From positions 640,001-704,000 of the forward strand of contig JAXGMI010000002.1 in NCBI GenBank assembly GCA_040768745.1: a DNA stretch of 64,000 nucleotides, in the 5' to 3' direction. Position numbers and translations under genes: made by a program. The first letter of the stretch is position 1. Each line of letters starts with the position of its first letter. This stretch comes from Desulfomicrobium sp. GTDB taxonomy: Bacteria; Desulfobacterota; Desulfovibrionia; Desulfovibrionales; Desulfomicrobiaceae. A model generated the notes under the pieces. That model ran no database searches, had not been told where the DNA came from, and was given only the letters and a program-made list of their open reading frames with translations. Shown one piece after another: positions 25,857-35,491 of the stretch.

Positions 25857-26878
25857 AGGATATTCTCGAGTCCCTGCTGAAAACCCTGGATCAGGGCCAA
25901 GACGCCATCTTTTGCGGCATTGTCGAGAGCTCGGGCTCGGCCCCGCGCACGTCCGGGGCCAGGATGCTGGTCCTGCCCGACGGCGCCATCCGCGGCTCCG
26001 TGGGCGGAGGCCCTGTGGAGGGGGCCAGCCTGGCCCGGGCCAGGAAGATGCTGGACCTGGGCGAGTCGCACGTCCTGCTGCCCTTTGACCTGAATTCACC
26101 CACTGCGGCCCAGGCGGGCATGGTCTGCGGCGGAGCGGTCACGGTGCTCCTGCAACGCCTCGCGCCGGAGCAACGGGGATTGTTCGCAAAGCTGTTGACC
26201 CTGCACGCGGAGCAAAAACGTCCGGCCCTGATCACGATCCTGGCGCCAGGGAAGGAGCCCGTCCTGAACGTGTGGTCCGCAGCGACGGGTCTGGAGAGCA
26301 TGGATCTTCCTGAAAGCATGACGGCGGAACTGGCCCGCAAGGCGTCGAAAACCCGTCAGAACTTTTCCCTCCAAGGAAACGGGCTGACCGTCTTTGCCGA
26401 GCCCCTGGTCGCGCCCACGGTGGTGCATCTGGTCGGCGCGGGGCATGTGGCCTTGGCCACCTCCAGGGTGGCGTCCTTCGCCGGCTTCGAGGTGGTGGTC
26501 ATGGACGACCGGGCCGAGTTCGCCAGCCCCGGGCGCTATCCCGAAGCCCGCGAGGTGCGGGTTCTGGAAAACTTCAACGGATGCTTGAAGGATTTAGGGC
26601 CCGACGACTTCGTGGTCATCGTCACCCGCGGCCACCTGCACGACCGCGACGTCCTGGCCCAGGCCCTGCGAACCGACGCCGGGTATGTCGGCATGATCGG
26701 CAGCCGCGGCAAGCGCGACGCCGTCTACCGCTCCCTGCTGGAGAATGGCTTCACCCGGGCCGACCTCGAACGCGTCTTCTGCCCCATCGGCTTGCCCATC
26801 GGCGCGGACACACCCGAGGAGATCGCCGTCAGCATCGTGGCCGAATTGATCAGGGTGCGCGCCGGAGCCCAGGAGTGA
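25853..26878 (+). CDS. xdhC: XdhC/CoxI family Moco chaperone
   Basis: GSAPRTSGARM, GSVGGG, GMVCGG, GAGHVA, VTRGHLHD, YVGMIGSR, PIGLPIGADTPEEIAVSIVAE. Confidence 0.92.
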   Translation: MKDILESLLKTLDQGQDAIFCGIVESSGSAPRTSGARMLVLPDGAIRGSVGGGPVEGASLARARKMLDLGESHVLLPFDLNSPTAAQAGMVCGGAVTVLLQRLAPEQRGLFAKLLTLHAEQKRPALITILAPGKEPVLNVWSAATGLESMDLPESMTAELARKASKTRQNFSLQGNGLTVFAEPLVAPTVVHLVGAGHVALATSRVASFAGFEVVVMDDRAEFASPGRYPEAREVRVLENFNGCLKDLGPDDFVVIVTRGHLHDRDVLAQALRTDAGYVGMIGSRGKRDAVYRSLLENGFTRADLERVFCPIGLPIGADTPEEIAVSIVAELIRVRAGAQE

Positions 26879-27996
26879 CACCGGACAGAAGGCGTTTCGG
26901 GGCCGCCATCCTGGCGGCCGGCTTTTCCTCGCGCATGGGCGCGTTCAAGCCCCTTATGGACTTGGGCGGCAAGTCCGTGCTGGAGCGCTGCGTCGGCGCC
27001 TTCCAGCAGGCCGGCATCGAGAGGCCGCTGGTGGTGGCGGGCCACTGCGCCGCACAGGTGCAATCCGAAGCAAAGCGCCTGGGCGTGCCCACGGTCCATA
27101 ACCCGGGATACGGGGACGGGATGTTCTCCTCGGTGCGAGCGGCCGCGTCCGCCTGCGCAGGCCTGCCCGACCTGGACGCCTTCTTTCTCCTGCCTGTGGA
27201 CATCCCGCTGGTCCGACCGGTCACAATCACCCTGCTCCTCCATGCCTACGACGGTCGCGTGGCCTACCCGGTCTTCGCTGGCGAGCGGGGCCACCCGCCC
27301 CTGATCCCCGCAGGCCTGATCCCGCGCATTCTGGGGCATGACGGCCAAGGCGGGCTGCAAGGGCTGCTGGAAGGCCAGCCCGGCCTGGACGTGCCGGTCT
27401 GGGACCGGGGCATCCTGCTGGACGCGGACACGCCCGACGATTTCGCAGTCCTGCTGTGGCGCGCCGCCCGTCTGCATGTCGGGGAGCGTGACGAGGCCCT
27501 GGCCCTGGCCGGGCAGTCCATGCCCGGCCGCGGCCTGGCCCACGGCCAGGCCGTGGCCGCCGTGGCCGTGGGCCTGGGGGAGGAACTGAACCGCAACGGC
27601 GCACGCCTTGACCTGGACCTGATCCACAACGCCGCCCTGCTGCACGACGTGGCCAAGGACCGCCCCGGGCACGAGGCCGCCGGCGGGGCTCTTCTGGAGC
27701 GTCTGGGCCTGGGTGGCCTGTCTCCGATCGTGGGGGCCCACCGCGACGTGCCGCCGCCGGCCTCAGGCGTGCTCACGGAAAAAGAAGTCGTCTGCCTGGC
27801 CGACAAGCTGGTGCGCTGCGACAGACGCATCCGCGTGGAAGAACGTTTCGGCGAAAAGCTGGCCCTGTATGCCGACAACCCCGAGGCCTGCGCGGCCATC
27901 CGCGGTCGCATGCAGCATGCCCTGGCCCTGCGGGGCATGGTGGAAAAGGCCTGCGGCCGGGGCCTGGAGGACATCCTGGCCGGGGTGTTGCCGTGA
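26875..27996 (+). CDS. MocA-like NTP transferase fused to an HD domain (DVU_1551-like)
   Basis: ILAAGFSSRMG...KPL, GMFSSV, LPVDIP, GHPPL, DADTPDD, then H...LLHDVAK...HE...H...ADK. Confidence 0.88.
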   Translation: MTPDRRRFGAAILAAGFSSRMGAFKPLMDLGGKSVLERCVGAFQQAGIERPLVVAGHCAAQVQSEAKRLGVPTVHNPGYGDGMFSSVRAAASACAGLPDLDAFFLLPVDIPLVRPVTITLLLHAYDGRVAYPVFAGERGHPPLIPAGLIPRILGHDGQGGLQGLLEGQPGLDVPVWDRGILLDADTPDDFAVLLWRAARLHVGERDEALALAGQSMPGRGLAHGQAVAAVAVGLGEELNRNGARLDLDLIHNAALLHDVAKDRPGHEAAGGALLERLGLGGLSPIVGAHRDVPPPASGVLTEKEVVCLADKLVRCDRRIRVEERFGEKLALYADNPEACAAIRGRMQHALALRGMVEKACGRGLEDILAGVLP

Positions 27997-28589
27997 ACGT
28001 GGTCTATCTCCTCCGCCACGGGGAAATCACGCAGTCCTGGCCGCGCCGATTCGTGGGCCAGACGGATCTGCCCCTGACGGACAGGGGACGCGGGCAGATG
28101 GCGGAGTCGGGGGAATTTCTGGCAGGCCGGGGTGTGGGAAGGCTGTTGTGCAGCCCCTTGTCCCGTTGCGTGGAGAGCGCCGGGATCGTCGGCGCGGCCC
28201 TGGGTCTCCTGCCGGAAACGGTCTGGGATCTGCGCGAAATCAGTCTGGGCTCCTGGGAGCGGTTGAGCGTGGACGAGGTTTGCGAGCGTTTTCCCGGCGG
28301 CTACGAGGCCCGGGGTCGAGACCTGGCCGGATTCCGCCCGCCGGGCGGCGAGAGCTTCGGTGACCTGCTGAGCCGGACCTGGCCCGTCTTCGAGCTGGCC
28401 GCCACAAAAGGGGATGCCCCAGTGGCCATGGTGGCCCATGCCGGCGTGAACCGCGTCATCCTGTGCCGCATTCTGGGCATGCCCCTGGAGAACCTGTTCC
28501 GCCTGGAGCAGGACTACGCCTGCATCAACATCCTGCACGCCGGAGAAAACGCATACCGTGTCGTGGCCATGAATCTGAGGGCGGGCTGA
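27993..28589 (+). CDS. Histidine phosphatase family protein
   Basis: LLRHGE, CSPLSRC, LREISLGSWE, PPGGESF, VAHAGVNR. Confidence 0.9.
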   Translation: MNVVYLLRHGEITQSWPRRFVGQTDLPLTDRGRGQMAESGEFLAGRGVGRLLCSPLSRCVESAGIVGAALGLLPETVWDLREISLGSWERLSVDEVCERFPGGYEARGRDLAGFRPPGGESFGDLLSRTWPVFELAATKGDAPVAMVAHAGVNRVILCRILGMPLENLFRLEQDYACINILHAGENAYRVVAMNLRAG

Positions 28590-29065
28590 ATCACGCCGCT
28601 CGATGGCGCACTTTGCCAACACGCGCCCGCTCTGCCAGGGCTGCCAAGAGCCCGCAGGCTGGCACAGCAGACAATGAAATTGGCGAGCCCCGTTTTTTTC
28701 ACTCCTTCGCCACCACTGTATCATAAAGCCCATAGTGCCGAAGTCCCGCATGGCTTTCGATTCCCGTGTAGCGAAGCGACGCGTCTTCATAGCGGCGAAA
28801 TGCAAAGACCGCCTGGTTCATCTGCTCGGTATTGAGTAAACGCTCACCATCTCCAAAATTTCAAGCAGTCCTTGGTCAGGTCAGTCATCACTCCCTACCA
28901 AATTTCAAAAAATTTCTTGATCCCAAAACGATGAACCAACAGCACAAAACAACCCCTTGAAAATCTTCAAGCGGTTCTGTTCTTTTTTGCTTCTTCAGGG
29001 GGAAGGGATAGCTCGCAGGCTGGCCCCATCTGGGGGTGCCAACTATTTTGTTTGGCTCAGGAAAA

Positions 29066-29094
29066 CGAAAAAGCCGCCCTTTTGGACGGCTTTC
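29066..29094 (-). terminator. Intrinsic terminator downstream of tRNA-Ala
   Basis: Minus strand AAAGCCGTCC-AAAA-GGGCGGCTTT-TTCG. Confidence 0.7.
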
Positions 29095-29130
29095 AAGCGG
29101 CATTCAAGAATCATTTGAAGCGTTTATAAG

Positions 29131-29206
<76 letters not shown>

Positions 29207-29239
29207 ACAACGCGAAGCAGTTTCCTGCCCAAGGCCCGC

Positions 29240-30457
29240 TCAAAAGGCAAGCACTTTTTCCTGCAATCCACCCTCTTCAAGGATCTTCAGAGCATGCGCG
29301 ACAGAGGCATGACTTGTCAGCGGGATGGAAACCCACGATGCCGGAGAAATGGGGCCCTGCCCCGAACGCTGCAGTCGCACCACGCCCACGCCCGCCCCCT
29401 TGGGCACGGTCGGCAGGTACCAGCCCCGGCCGTCCACTGTCTCCTTCCCGTCTCCCAGAACCACATCCACCCCATCCTGCCCGGCCAGGGCTGCGGCCAC
29501 CTCCGCCCGGCCAAGCTGGGTCAGCAGCACCACGCAATCCGACACGGCCCTTGCCTCCGGCAGGACCCGGGCCAGGGCCTCGCGGGCCTGGAGAATGCGC
29601 ACCCCAGGCGCCACAGCCTGCCCGGCCCCGTCGGCCAGGCCCAGCACGGCCACGCTCACTCCCCCGCGCTGGAGCAGGACGTAGGGTCTGAGCCATGGCC
29701 AGGCCTGGCCGGACTGCTCCAGGTTGGAACACACCAGGGGAAACGTGGCCAGACCAGCCAGTTCCCTCAGCTGCCCTTCCCCCACGCGCAGGTCATGGAG
29801 GCCCAGCCCCATGGCGTGGTAGCCCATGGCATTCATGGACATGATCAAGGCCCGGTTGTTATTCTCCGCGCCTGGGCTCCCGGAGGACAGCGCGTCCCCT
29901 GCGTCCAGGGCGAGGAGGTCGGGGTAGCCGCCCCGGATGGCGTTGACCAGGGACGTGCGCCTGGGAATGCCTCCCACGTCGCCCTTCTTGACCTTCTGCG
30001 GGGCCAGGGCCCCTTGGGTGTCCCCGGTGAAGGCGATGCCGACAACGCCCTTCCCGCCCAGTTGGCTGGTGGGGTTCCCATCCATGGCCAGATCCTCTGT
30101 CTCCCCTTTCAGCCCGGCCTCCAAACGGATTCCCAGCTGGGACGTGACCTGGCTGTCCGCCCCTTCCCTCAGCCAGGCCACGGCCCATACGGCCAGCAAC
30201 CGGGCCCGTTTGGCCAGTTCCGGTTTTTTCTCCAGCAGGGAAACCCGCTGCAGCCAGTCCGCATAGGCGGAACCGGCGGTGAATCCCTGGCGCAGGAAGT
30301 CCTCCCCGGTTCGAAAGCGCTGAAACTCCTCGAACAGGACGAAGACGTCCTCGTACTGGGGCAAACACCGCGGTTCGACATATTCCGGAGAGGGTTCGGG
30401 GGGCCTGGCGCAGGCGCACAAGGCCAGCAGACAGACGAGGCAAAGCACGGACTTCAT
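29240..30457 (-). CDS. Lipoprotein with a degenerate 5'-nucleotidase-type metallophosphoesterase domain
   Basis: Lipobox-like LCAC; FTGDTQG, GGIPRR, LDAGD, MNAMGYHAMGLGLHDL, FPLVCSNL, PYVLL. Confidence 0.7.
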   Translation of the reverse strand: MKSVLCLVCLLALCACARPPEPSPEYVEPRCLPQYEDVFVLFEEFQRFRTGEDFLRQGFTAGSAYADWLQRVSLLEKKPELAKRARLLAVWAVAWLREGADSQVTSQLGIRLEAGLKGETEDLAMDGNPTSQLGGKGVVGIAFTGDTQGALAPQKVKKGDVGGIPRRTSLVNAIRGGYPDLLALDAGDALSSGSPGAENNNRALIMSMNAMGYHAMGLGLHDLRVGEGQLRELAGLATFPLVCSNLEQSGQAWPWLRPYVLLQRGGVSVAVLGLADGAGQAVAPGVRILQAREALARVLPEARAVSDCVVLLTQLGRAEVAAALAGQDGVDVVLGDGKETVDGRGWYLPTVPKGAGVGVVRLQRSGQGPISPASWVSIPLTSHASVAHALKILEEGGLQEKVLAF

Positions 30458-30511
30458 GGTGATCTCGACAATGCGGTTACTCGGAAACGGCCCCCCGTAT
30501 ACGGCCCCGGT

Positions 30512-31021
30512 TCACGTCCCGCAAGTGGAATGCGGGGCCATGGTCTTGGTGAAATAGAGAATGTCCTCCCCCGGGGCGTAATACTCCCGGATCCGGGCTT
30601 CCTCCTGGAAACCGCACGCCAGGTAGAATGCGCGGGTCGGTTCGTATTGGGGGCGGGACGATGTTTCGGCTATGAGCTTGCGTCCTCCCCTGGAGCTGAC
30701 CCGGGCCTCCACCTGGGCCAGAAGGGCGCGGCCCAACCCCGTCTTCCGGGCCTCCTGGCGCACGGCGATCCAGTACAGATCAAACGTGCCTGTTGTGCAG
30801 GGGACCGGTCCATAGCAGGCATACCCGAGGGTCTGTCCGCAACGGTCGTCGGCCAGGACAAAAAAATATCCGCTGGCCAGGCCCCTGGTCAGGTTTTCCC
30901 TGACCAGTTCCTCGGCCACGTCGATTTCTTCGGCAGAAAAAAAACCGCTGGACCCGACAATGCCCCGCACGGCCGCCATGTCCGCCCCGGTGACCTCATC
31001 CCGGAAACGCACTTCATCCAT
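30512..31021 (-). CDS. GNAT family N-acetyltransferase
   Basis: GYACYGP, DLYWIAV...RKTGLGRALL, ETSSRPQYEPTRAFYLACGF. Confidence 0.9.
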   Translation of the reverse strand: MDEVRFRDEVTGADMAAVRGIVGSSGFFSAEEIDVAEELVRENLTRGLASGYFFVLADDRCGQTLGYACYGPVPCTTGTFDLYWIAVRQEARKTGLGRALLAQVEARVSSRGGRKLIAETSSRPQYEPTRAFYLACGFQEEARIREYYAPGEDILYFTKTMAPHSTCGT

Positions 31022-32036
31022 GACGGCCTTCCCAGGGCTGCCCCGCCTGTTCCAACGCGGCCATGGCAATCCTGTACACCACGTCCCGGTGGGTCAGTCC
31101 GGCATGCCCTGCGGCAGCAACGAACCCGGAATCCAGGGCGATGCACGGATTGGGATTGACGTCGATGACAAAGACCTGACCCGCGGACGAGACGCGGAAA
31201 TCGACCCGCGCATATCCGGCCAGGCCGAAAATTTCCCAGCAGCGCAGGCCGATCCTGGCCATCTCCCCGCACATGGGCTGACCTTGATCGAGCGCAAATC
31301 TGCGCCAGGATGCGGCATAGGCGGGACTGCCCTCCTCCCATTTGGCGGCATAGTGCAGAATGGCCGGACCAGGCGTGCCCGGGTCGAAGACCATCTCGGC
31401 CAGGGGCAGGGCCTGCACCGATCCATGCGGCGCGGCCAGCAGGGCCAGATTGAATTCCCGCCCGTGCACGTACCTCTCGGCCACGCAGGCACCGCCCATG
31501 GCCGGGGCGCGCAGATCCATGGCCTGCACCAGATCCCCCGCACACCTCGCGTCGATGACCGCGTCGGCATCCAGGCCCAGGGAGGCGTCCTCGAAGCGGG
31601 ATTTGACGATATACGGCCCAGGCCCGGGAAAAACGCCGCGCAGCAATGCGACCCGGTCGACCCCGGCCGGAACAGGAATGTCCGTTGCGGCCATGATCCG
31701 CCGCGCAGCGGACTTGTCCCCGGCCAGGATCATGGCGCACTCGTCCGCGCCGGTGAACGGGAGTCCGGCTTGGCGGCACAGGGCCGGGACAACCGCCCCC
31801 AGGGTCGAGGTCCCCTGGAATGATTCCAGTAGATTGAAGACGAGATGGGGCCCGAAGCGGCGCAGGGTGTCCTGGAACGCGTCCAGGTCCTGGCCCACGG
31901 GGATCTGCGCGCAGGTCCAGTCGAGCTGACCCATGCTGCGGAGCACGGCCTCGGCCTGACGCACGGTGTCCAGGATGTCCGGGGGCGCTGCGTGGCCTGT
32001 TTCCTCGTGCACCACGGCCACGCGCAGGGTCTTCAT
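31014..32036 (-). CDS. D-Ala-D-Ala ligase-like ATP-grasp protein (copy 2)
   Basis: VFNLLES, PFTGAD, DK, YIVKSRFEDASLG, ERYVHGREFN, YAAKW, YARVDFR, IDVNPNP. Confidence 0.88.
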   Translation of the reverse strand: MKTLRVAVVHEETGHAAPPDILDTVRQAEAVLRSMGQLDWTCAQIPVGQDLDAFQDTLRRFGPHLVFNLLESFQGTSTLGAVVPALCRQAGLPFTGADECAMILAGDKSAARRIMAATDIPVPAGVDRVALLRGVFPGPGPYIVKSRFEDASLGLDADAVIDARCAGDLVQAMDLRAPAMGGACVAERYVHGREFNLALLAAPHGSVQALPLAEMVFDPGTPGPAILHYAAKWEEGSPAYAASWRRFALDQGQPMCGEMARIGLRCWEIFGLAGYARVDFRVSSAGQVFVIDVNPNPCIALDSGFVAAAGHAGLTHRDVVYRIAMAALEQAGQPWEGRHG

Positions 32037-33037
32037 ACAACGGCCTCGGACAGCAGACCCGTGGACTTGGCCCTGGCAACGGCCGAATTCATGATCTGGG
32101 CGATGAGCATGTCGTATTCCAGTCCGATCTTGTGACAGAGGATGGGCAGGTCCGAGCTTTCCGGATTCAGACCCGCCAGGGGGTTGACCTCCAGAAAACG
32201 CGCCCGGCCCTGGCCATCCAGCCGCACGTCCACCCGGCCGGCATCGAGGCAGCCCAGGGCCTGCCAGGCCTCCAGGGCCAGGTCGGCGGCCAGCAGGGCT
32301 TTTTCATCGGTCACCAGGGCGTAATGCACCCGGGCCGTCCACTGCTGCTTGTTTTCGTAGGTGTAGGCCGTCTGGTCCCCCTCGGATGTGCACAGAATCT
32401 CCATGACCCCGAGGACCCGCGCTCCGCGGCCGCTGCCGAGAATGCCCACCGTGAATTCACGGCCCGGAAGATAGGTTTCCACGAGAGCGGACTGGCTGTA
32501 GGTTTCAAGGATTTGGGCGCAGACCTCGCGCAGCTCCCTGCGGTTGCGCACCAGGGATCTGGCGCTGACCCCCCGGCTGGACCCTTCGGCCACGGGCTTG
32601 ACGAACAGGGGAAAGGGCAGGTCGATCTCCTCCACCACATCCTGCCCGCTGACAATCCAGAAATCCGCAGTGGGCAGGCCGTGGGCCCGGATCACGGCAT
32701 TGGTCCAGCCTTTGTGCAGGGTCAGGGCCAGAAGCTCGGGACCGGAAAAGGTGTAGGGGATGCCCCAGGCGTCCAGCAGGGCCGGAATCTGTGACTCCCG
32801 TCCCAGTCCGCGCATGCCCTCGGCGATGTTGAAGACAAGATCCCATCGCCGCCCACTGGCCAGGGCCTGCACCAGGCCGCCCACATTGCCTACCCGCTCC
32901 ACCTGGTGACCCTGGGTGCGCAGGGCCTTTTCAATGGCCTCCACCGTCGCCTCGCTGTCCAGCTCGGCCACCTCTTCGGAAGAATACCCTGCGGCCAGGT
33001 ACTCGTCCTTCAGGTCGTAGGTCATGCCGACGCGCAT
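32033..33037 (-). CDS. D-Ala-D-Ala ligase-like ATP-grasp protein (copy 1)
   Basis: MRVGMTYDL, VFNIAEG...RESQIPA, FVKPVAEGSSRG, ETYLPGREFTVG, GRVDVR, LEVNPLAGL. Confidence 0.9.
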   Translation of the reverse strand: MRVGMTYDLKDEYLAAGYSSEEVAELDSEATVEAIEKALRTQGHQVERVGNVGGLVQALASGRRWDLVFNIAEGMRGLGRESQIPALLDAWGIPYTFSGPELLALTLHKGWTNAVIRAHGLPTADFWIVSGQDVVEEIDLPFPLFVKPVAEGSSRGVSARSLVRNRRELREVCAQILETYSQSALVETYLPGREFTVGILGSGRGARVLGVMEILCTSEGDQTAYTYENKQQWTARVHYALVTDEKALLAADLALEAWQALGCLDAGRVDVRLDGQGRARFLEVNPLAGLNPESSDLPILCHKIGLEYDMLIAQIMNSAVARAKSTGLLSEAVV

Positions 33038-34260
33038 CAGGCCTCCTGCCCGAAATCGGGATAGTGGAAAATCCGGTCCTCGTAATTTCGCAGGCCCACA
33101 CCCTGCTCGTCGCGGCCCAGCACATAGTCGGGCTGAAGGGGCACCTTGCCCCCGCCGCCAGGCGCGTCGATGACGTAGGTCGGGATGCAATACCCGGAGG
33201 TATGGCCGCGCAACCCCTTGATGATGCCCAATCCCGTGTCCACGGGAGTGCGAAAATGGGCAGAACCGGGAATGGGGTCGCACTGGTACAGATAATACGG
33301 CCGCACCCTGTTGCGGATCAGGCCGTGCATCAGGCGTTTCATGGTCGTCACGTCGTCATTCACACCCGCCAGAAGCACTGTCTGGCTGCCCAGGGGGATC
33401 CCGGCGTCGGCCAGACGGGCACATGCGGCCGATGTTTCCGGGGTGATTTCCTCCGGATGGGCGAAATGCAGGCTCATCAGCAGCGGGTGATACCGGCGCA
33501 ACATGCGCGTCAGGGCGGGAGTGACCCGTTGCGGCAACACGGCCGGAACCTTGGTCCCGATGCGCACGATCTCCACATGCGCAATGTCCCGCAGCTGGGA
33601 CAGCAGCCATTCTATCTTCATATCCGGCAGGGTCAGGGGATCTCCACCTGAAAGGAGGACGTCGCGCACCCCCCTGTGCTGGCGGATATAGTCCAGGGCC
33701 ACCTGCCAGCTGCGCATGTCGGAATGGTGCCCGCTTTTGCCCACCAGACGGGAGCGGGTACAGTAACGGCAATAGGTCGAACAGAAGTCCGTGACCAGAA
33801 ACAGGACCCTGTCGGGATAGCGGTGCACGATGCCCGGAACCGGGCTGTGCACGTCCTCCCCCAGGGGGTCAGGCCTTTCAAAAGGTCCGATCTCGGTTTC
33901 GCGGATGTCGGGCAGGATGCAGCGCTGCACGGCTTTGCTGCGGGAAGCCACCCACAGGTAATACGGGGTCACTGCGGCCGGAAGCCCACCGGCCGCCGCC
34001 ACATAGGGTGAAAATTCCAGCCCGAGGATCCGGGCCATGGATCGTGCGGAAGTGATGCGGTTCTTGAGCTGCCAACGCCAGTTTTCCCAGTCTTTGAGGC
34101 TTGCTGCGGGAAAATGGGTGGCCAGGAAGTTCTTGAGATGGCGCCAGGACTGGAGCTCCTGGTCTTGGGGATGATCGGCTTGGGCTGATAGGGAGGGAGG
34201 TTCGGCCAGTTCCTGGCCCAGTTCAGGGGTGTCCTCGTGGACAACTGCGGTATTGCTCAT
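33037..34260 (-). CDS. KamA family radical SAM/PLP aminomutase (lysine 2,3-aminomutase-like)
   Basis: WENWRWQLKNRI, HRYPDRVL, CSTYCRYC, LSGGDPL, RIGTKVP, YQCD, DAPGGGGKVP. Confidence 0.93.
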   Translation of the reverse strand: MSNTAVVHEDTPELGQELAEPPSLSAQADHPQDQELQSWRHLKNFLATHFPAASLKDWENWRWQLKNRITSARSMARILGLEFSPYVAAAGGLPAAVTPYYLWVASRSKAVQRCILPDIRETEIGPFERPDPLGEDVHSPVPGIVHRYPDRVLFLVTDFCSTYCRYCTRSRLVGKSGHHSDMRSWQVALDYIRQHRGVRDVLLSGGDPLTLPDMKIEWLLSQLRDIAHVEIVRIGTKVPAVLPQRVTPALTRMLRRYHPLLMSLHFAHPEEITPETSAACARLADAGIPLGSQTVLLAGVNDDVTTMKRLMHGLIRNRVRPYYLYQCDPIPGSAHFRTPVDTGLGIIKGLRGHTSGYCIPTYVIDAPGGGGKVPLQPDYVLGRDEQGVGLRNYEDRIFHYPDFGQEA

Positions 34261-34324
34261 GGTTTTCCTCATGGTCTGTGCAGGATTGTGGGGTGCGCTG
34301 CCGCAATGGAAGCACCAGAACCGA

Positions 34325-34340
34325 AGCATTACCCATGCCA
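34325..34340 (-). promoter_or_regulatory. Putative sigma54 promoter of the aminomutase operon
   Basis: Minus strand TGGCATGGGTAATGCT (TGGCA-N7-TGC), about 65 nt upstream of the start. Confidence 0.6.
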
Positions 34341-34627
34341 AGGAGATATCCGTCTGAATTCATGAGAAAATTTTAGCAGGAGCCCTCCATCCATGCGGAA
34401 CTCTTGATTCCTTTTTCACAGGCGGCACCTGCATCATGCCAGCCCTGACCAGGAAGAATGGGCCCGGCGTGAGGCCGGCAGAGATGCATCCTGACAGGAA
34501 TAGTCTGTAAAACAAGTTGGTTGGATATAAAAAAGAACTTTGCTTTCCGAGCCGGGAGGATCGGAATTGCAGATTCCCTTTTTCTTTCTGTTTTCCTGTA
34601 CTTGAAACAGATCGAAGCAGGATATTC

Positions 34628-35137
34628 TCATTCCGGTGACTGGAAAAGAATGCGCTCGTAGATGTCCCGCATGCTTTTCGAAAAGCAGACAAACACGACT
34701 GACTGCGGTCCGCCGTGCCTGGCTTGAAACGACCGCACCTCGGATACGGCTATGGCGCTGGCCTCTTCGGCAGGAAAACCGTACGCCCCGCAGCTGATGG
34801 CCGGAAAGGCAACGCTGCGAAGCCCGTGCTCCCTGGCCAGGTTCAGACAGGACCGATAGCATGCGCCCAGAAGCTCCCGCTCACCCTTTCCTCCGCCCTG
34901 CCAGACAGGCCCCACGGTATGGATAACGAATTTGGCGGGCAGGTCGTACCCCCTGGTCATGCGGGCCTGTCCTGTCGGGCACCCACCGATGGTCCGGCAT
35001 TCGTCCAGCAGTCCCGGACCGGCCGCGCGGTGGATGGCTCCATCCACCCCCCCTCCGCCCAGAAGGCTGGAATTGGCGGCGTTGACAATGGCGTCCACAG
35101 TCATGGAGGTGATGTCGGTCTGGCAAACGGTGATCAT
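34628..35137 (-). CDS. Macro-domain O-acetyl-ADP-ribose deacetylase (YmdB-like)
   Basis: [45 protein letters not shown]. Confidence 0.93.
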   Translation of the reverse strand: MITVCQTDITSMTVDAIVNAANSSLLGGGGVDGAIHRAAGPGLLDECRTIGGCPTGQARMTRGYDLPAKFVIHTVGPVWQGGGKGERELLGACYRSCLNLAREHGLRSVAFPAISCGAYGFPAEEASAIAVSEVRSFQARHGGPQSVVFVCFSKSMRDIYERILFQSPE

Positions 35138-35491
35138 ACACTTCTCCTTGCATTTCATGGGACACAACCTCCTGCTCGTGCCGTTGACCCCCGCCAGCGG
35201 CACACCATGACTTTCTGTGCAGCGTTGCCCCTTCCTTTGATGAACGCCGACCACTACGCCCAAGGGATCCATTTGCGGCATCCCGGTATTGCCGCCATGC
35301 CCTGTCCCGGATGAACGGCGTGTGCGGGCGGGCCAATGGCAGAATTCAATCCCGGACCACGCCCATACCGGCTCCCCATGCCGACGACCAACTTCTCTGT
35401 CCGTTTACCGGAAATGACGTGCGAAGCGTGTTGTCTCGTGCGATCAGATCGGCATGACTAGAGCGACCCACCACAGCCCCCGGAGGAACAC

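Noticed and set aside
19495..28589. Selenocysteine recoding in the redox and radical SAM genes
   Set aside because: All motif positions are Cys codons. The TGA codons fall at natural ends, mostly overlapping the next start, with no evident downstream continuation.
28699..28886. Short broken minus-strand frame (…GERLLNTEQMNQAVFAFRRYED…) beside the tRNA
   Set aside because: It could be a gene remnant but is too short and unrecognisable to call.
29099..29109. GGCATTCAAGA matching the tRNA anticodon arm as a possible att duplicate
   Set aside because: Only 11 bp and inverted relative to the tRNA, so it is compatible with chance.
33037..34260. KamA homologue as EpmB or part of lysine fermentation
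   Set aside because: No efp/epmA or kamDE/kdd/kce neighbours; it is translationally coupled to ATP-grasp genes instead.
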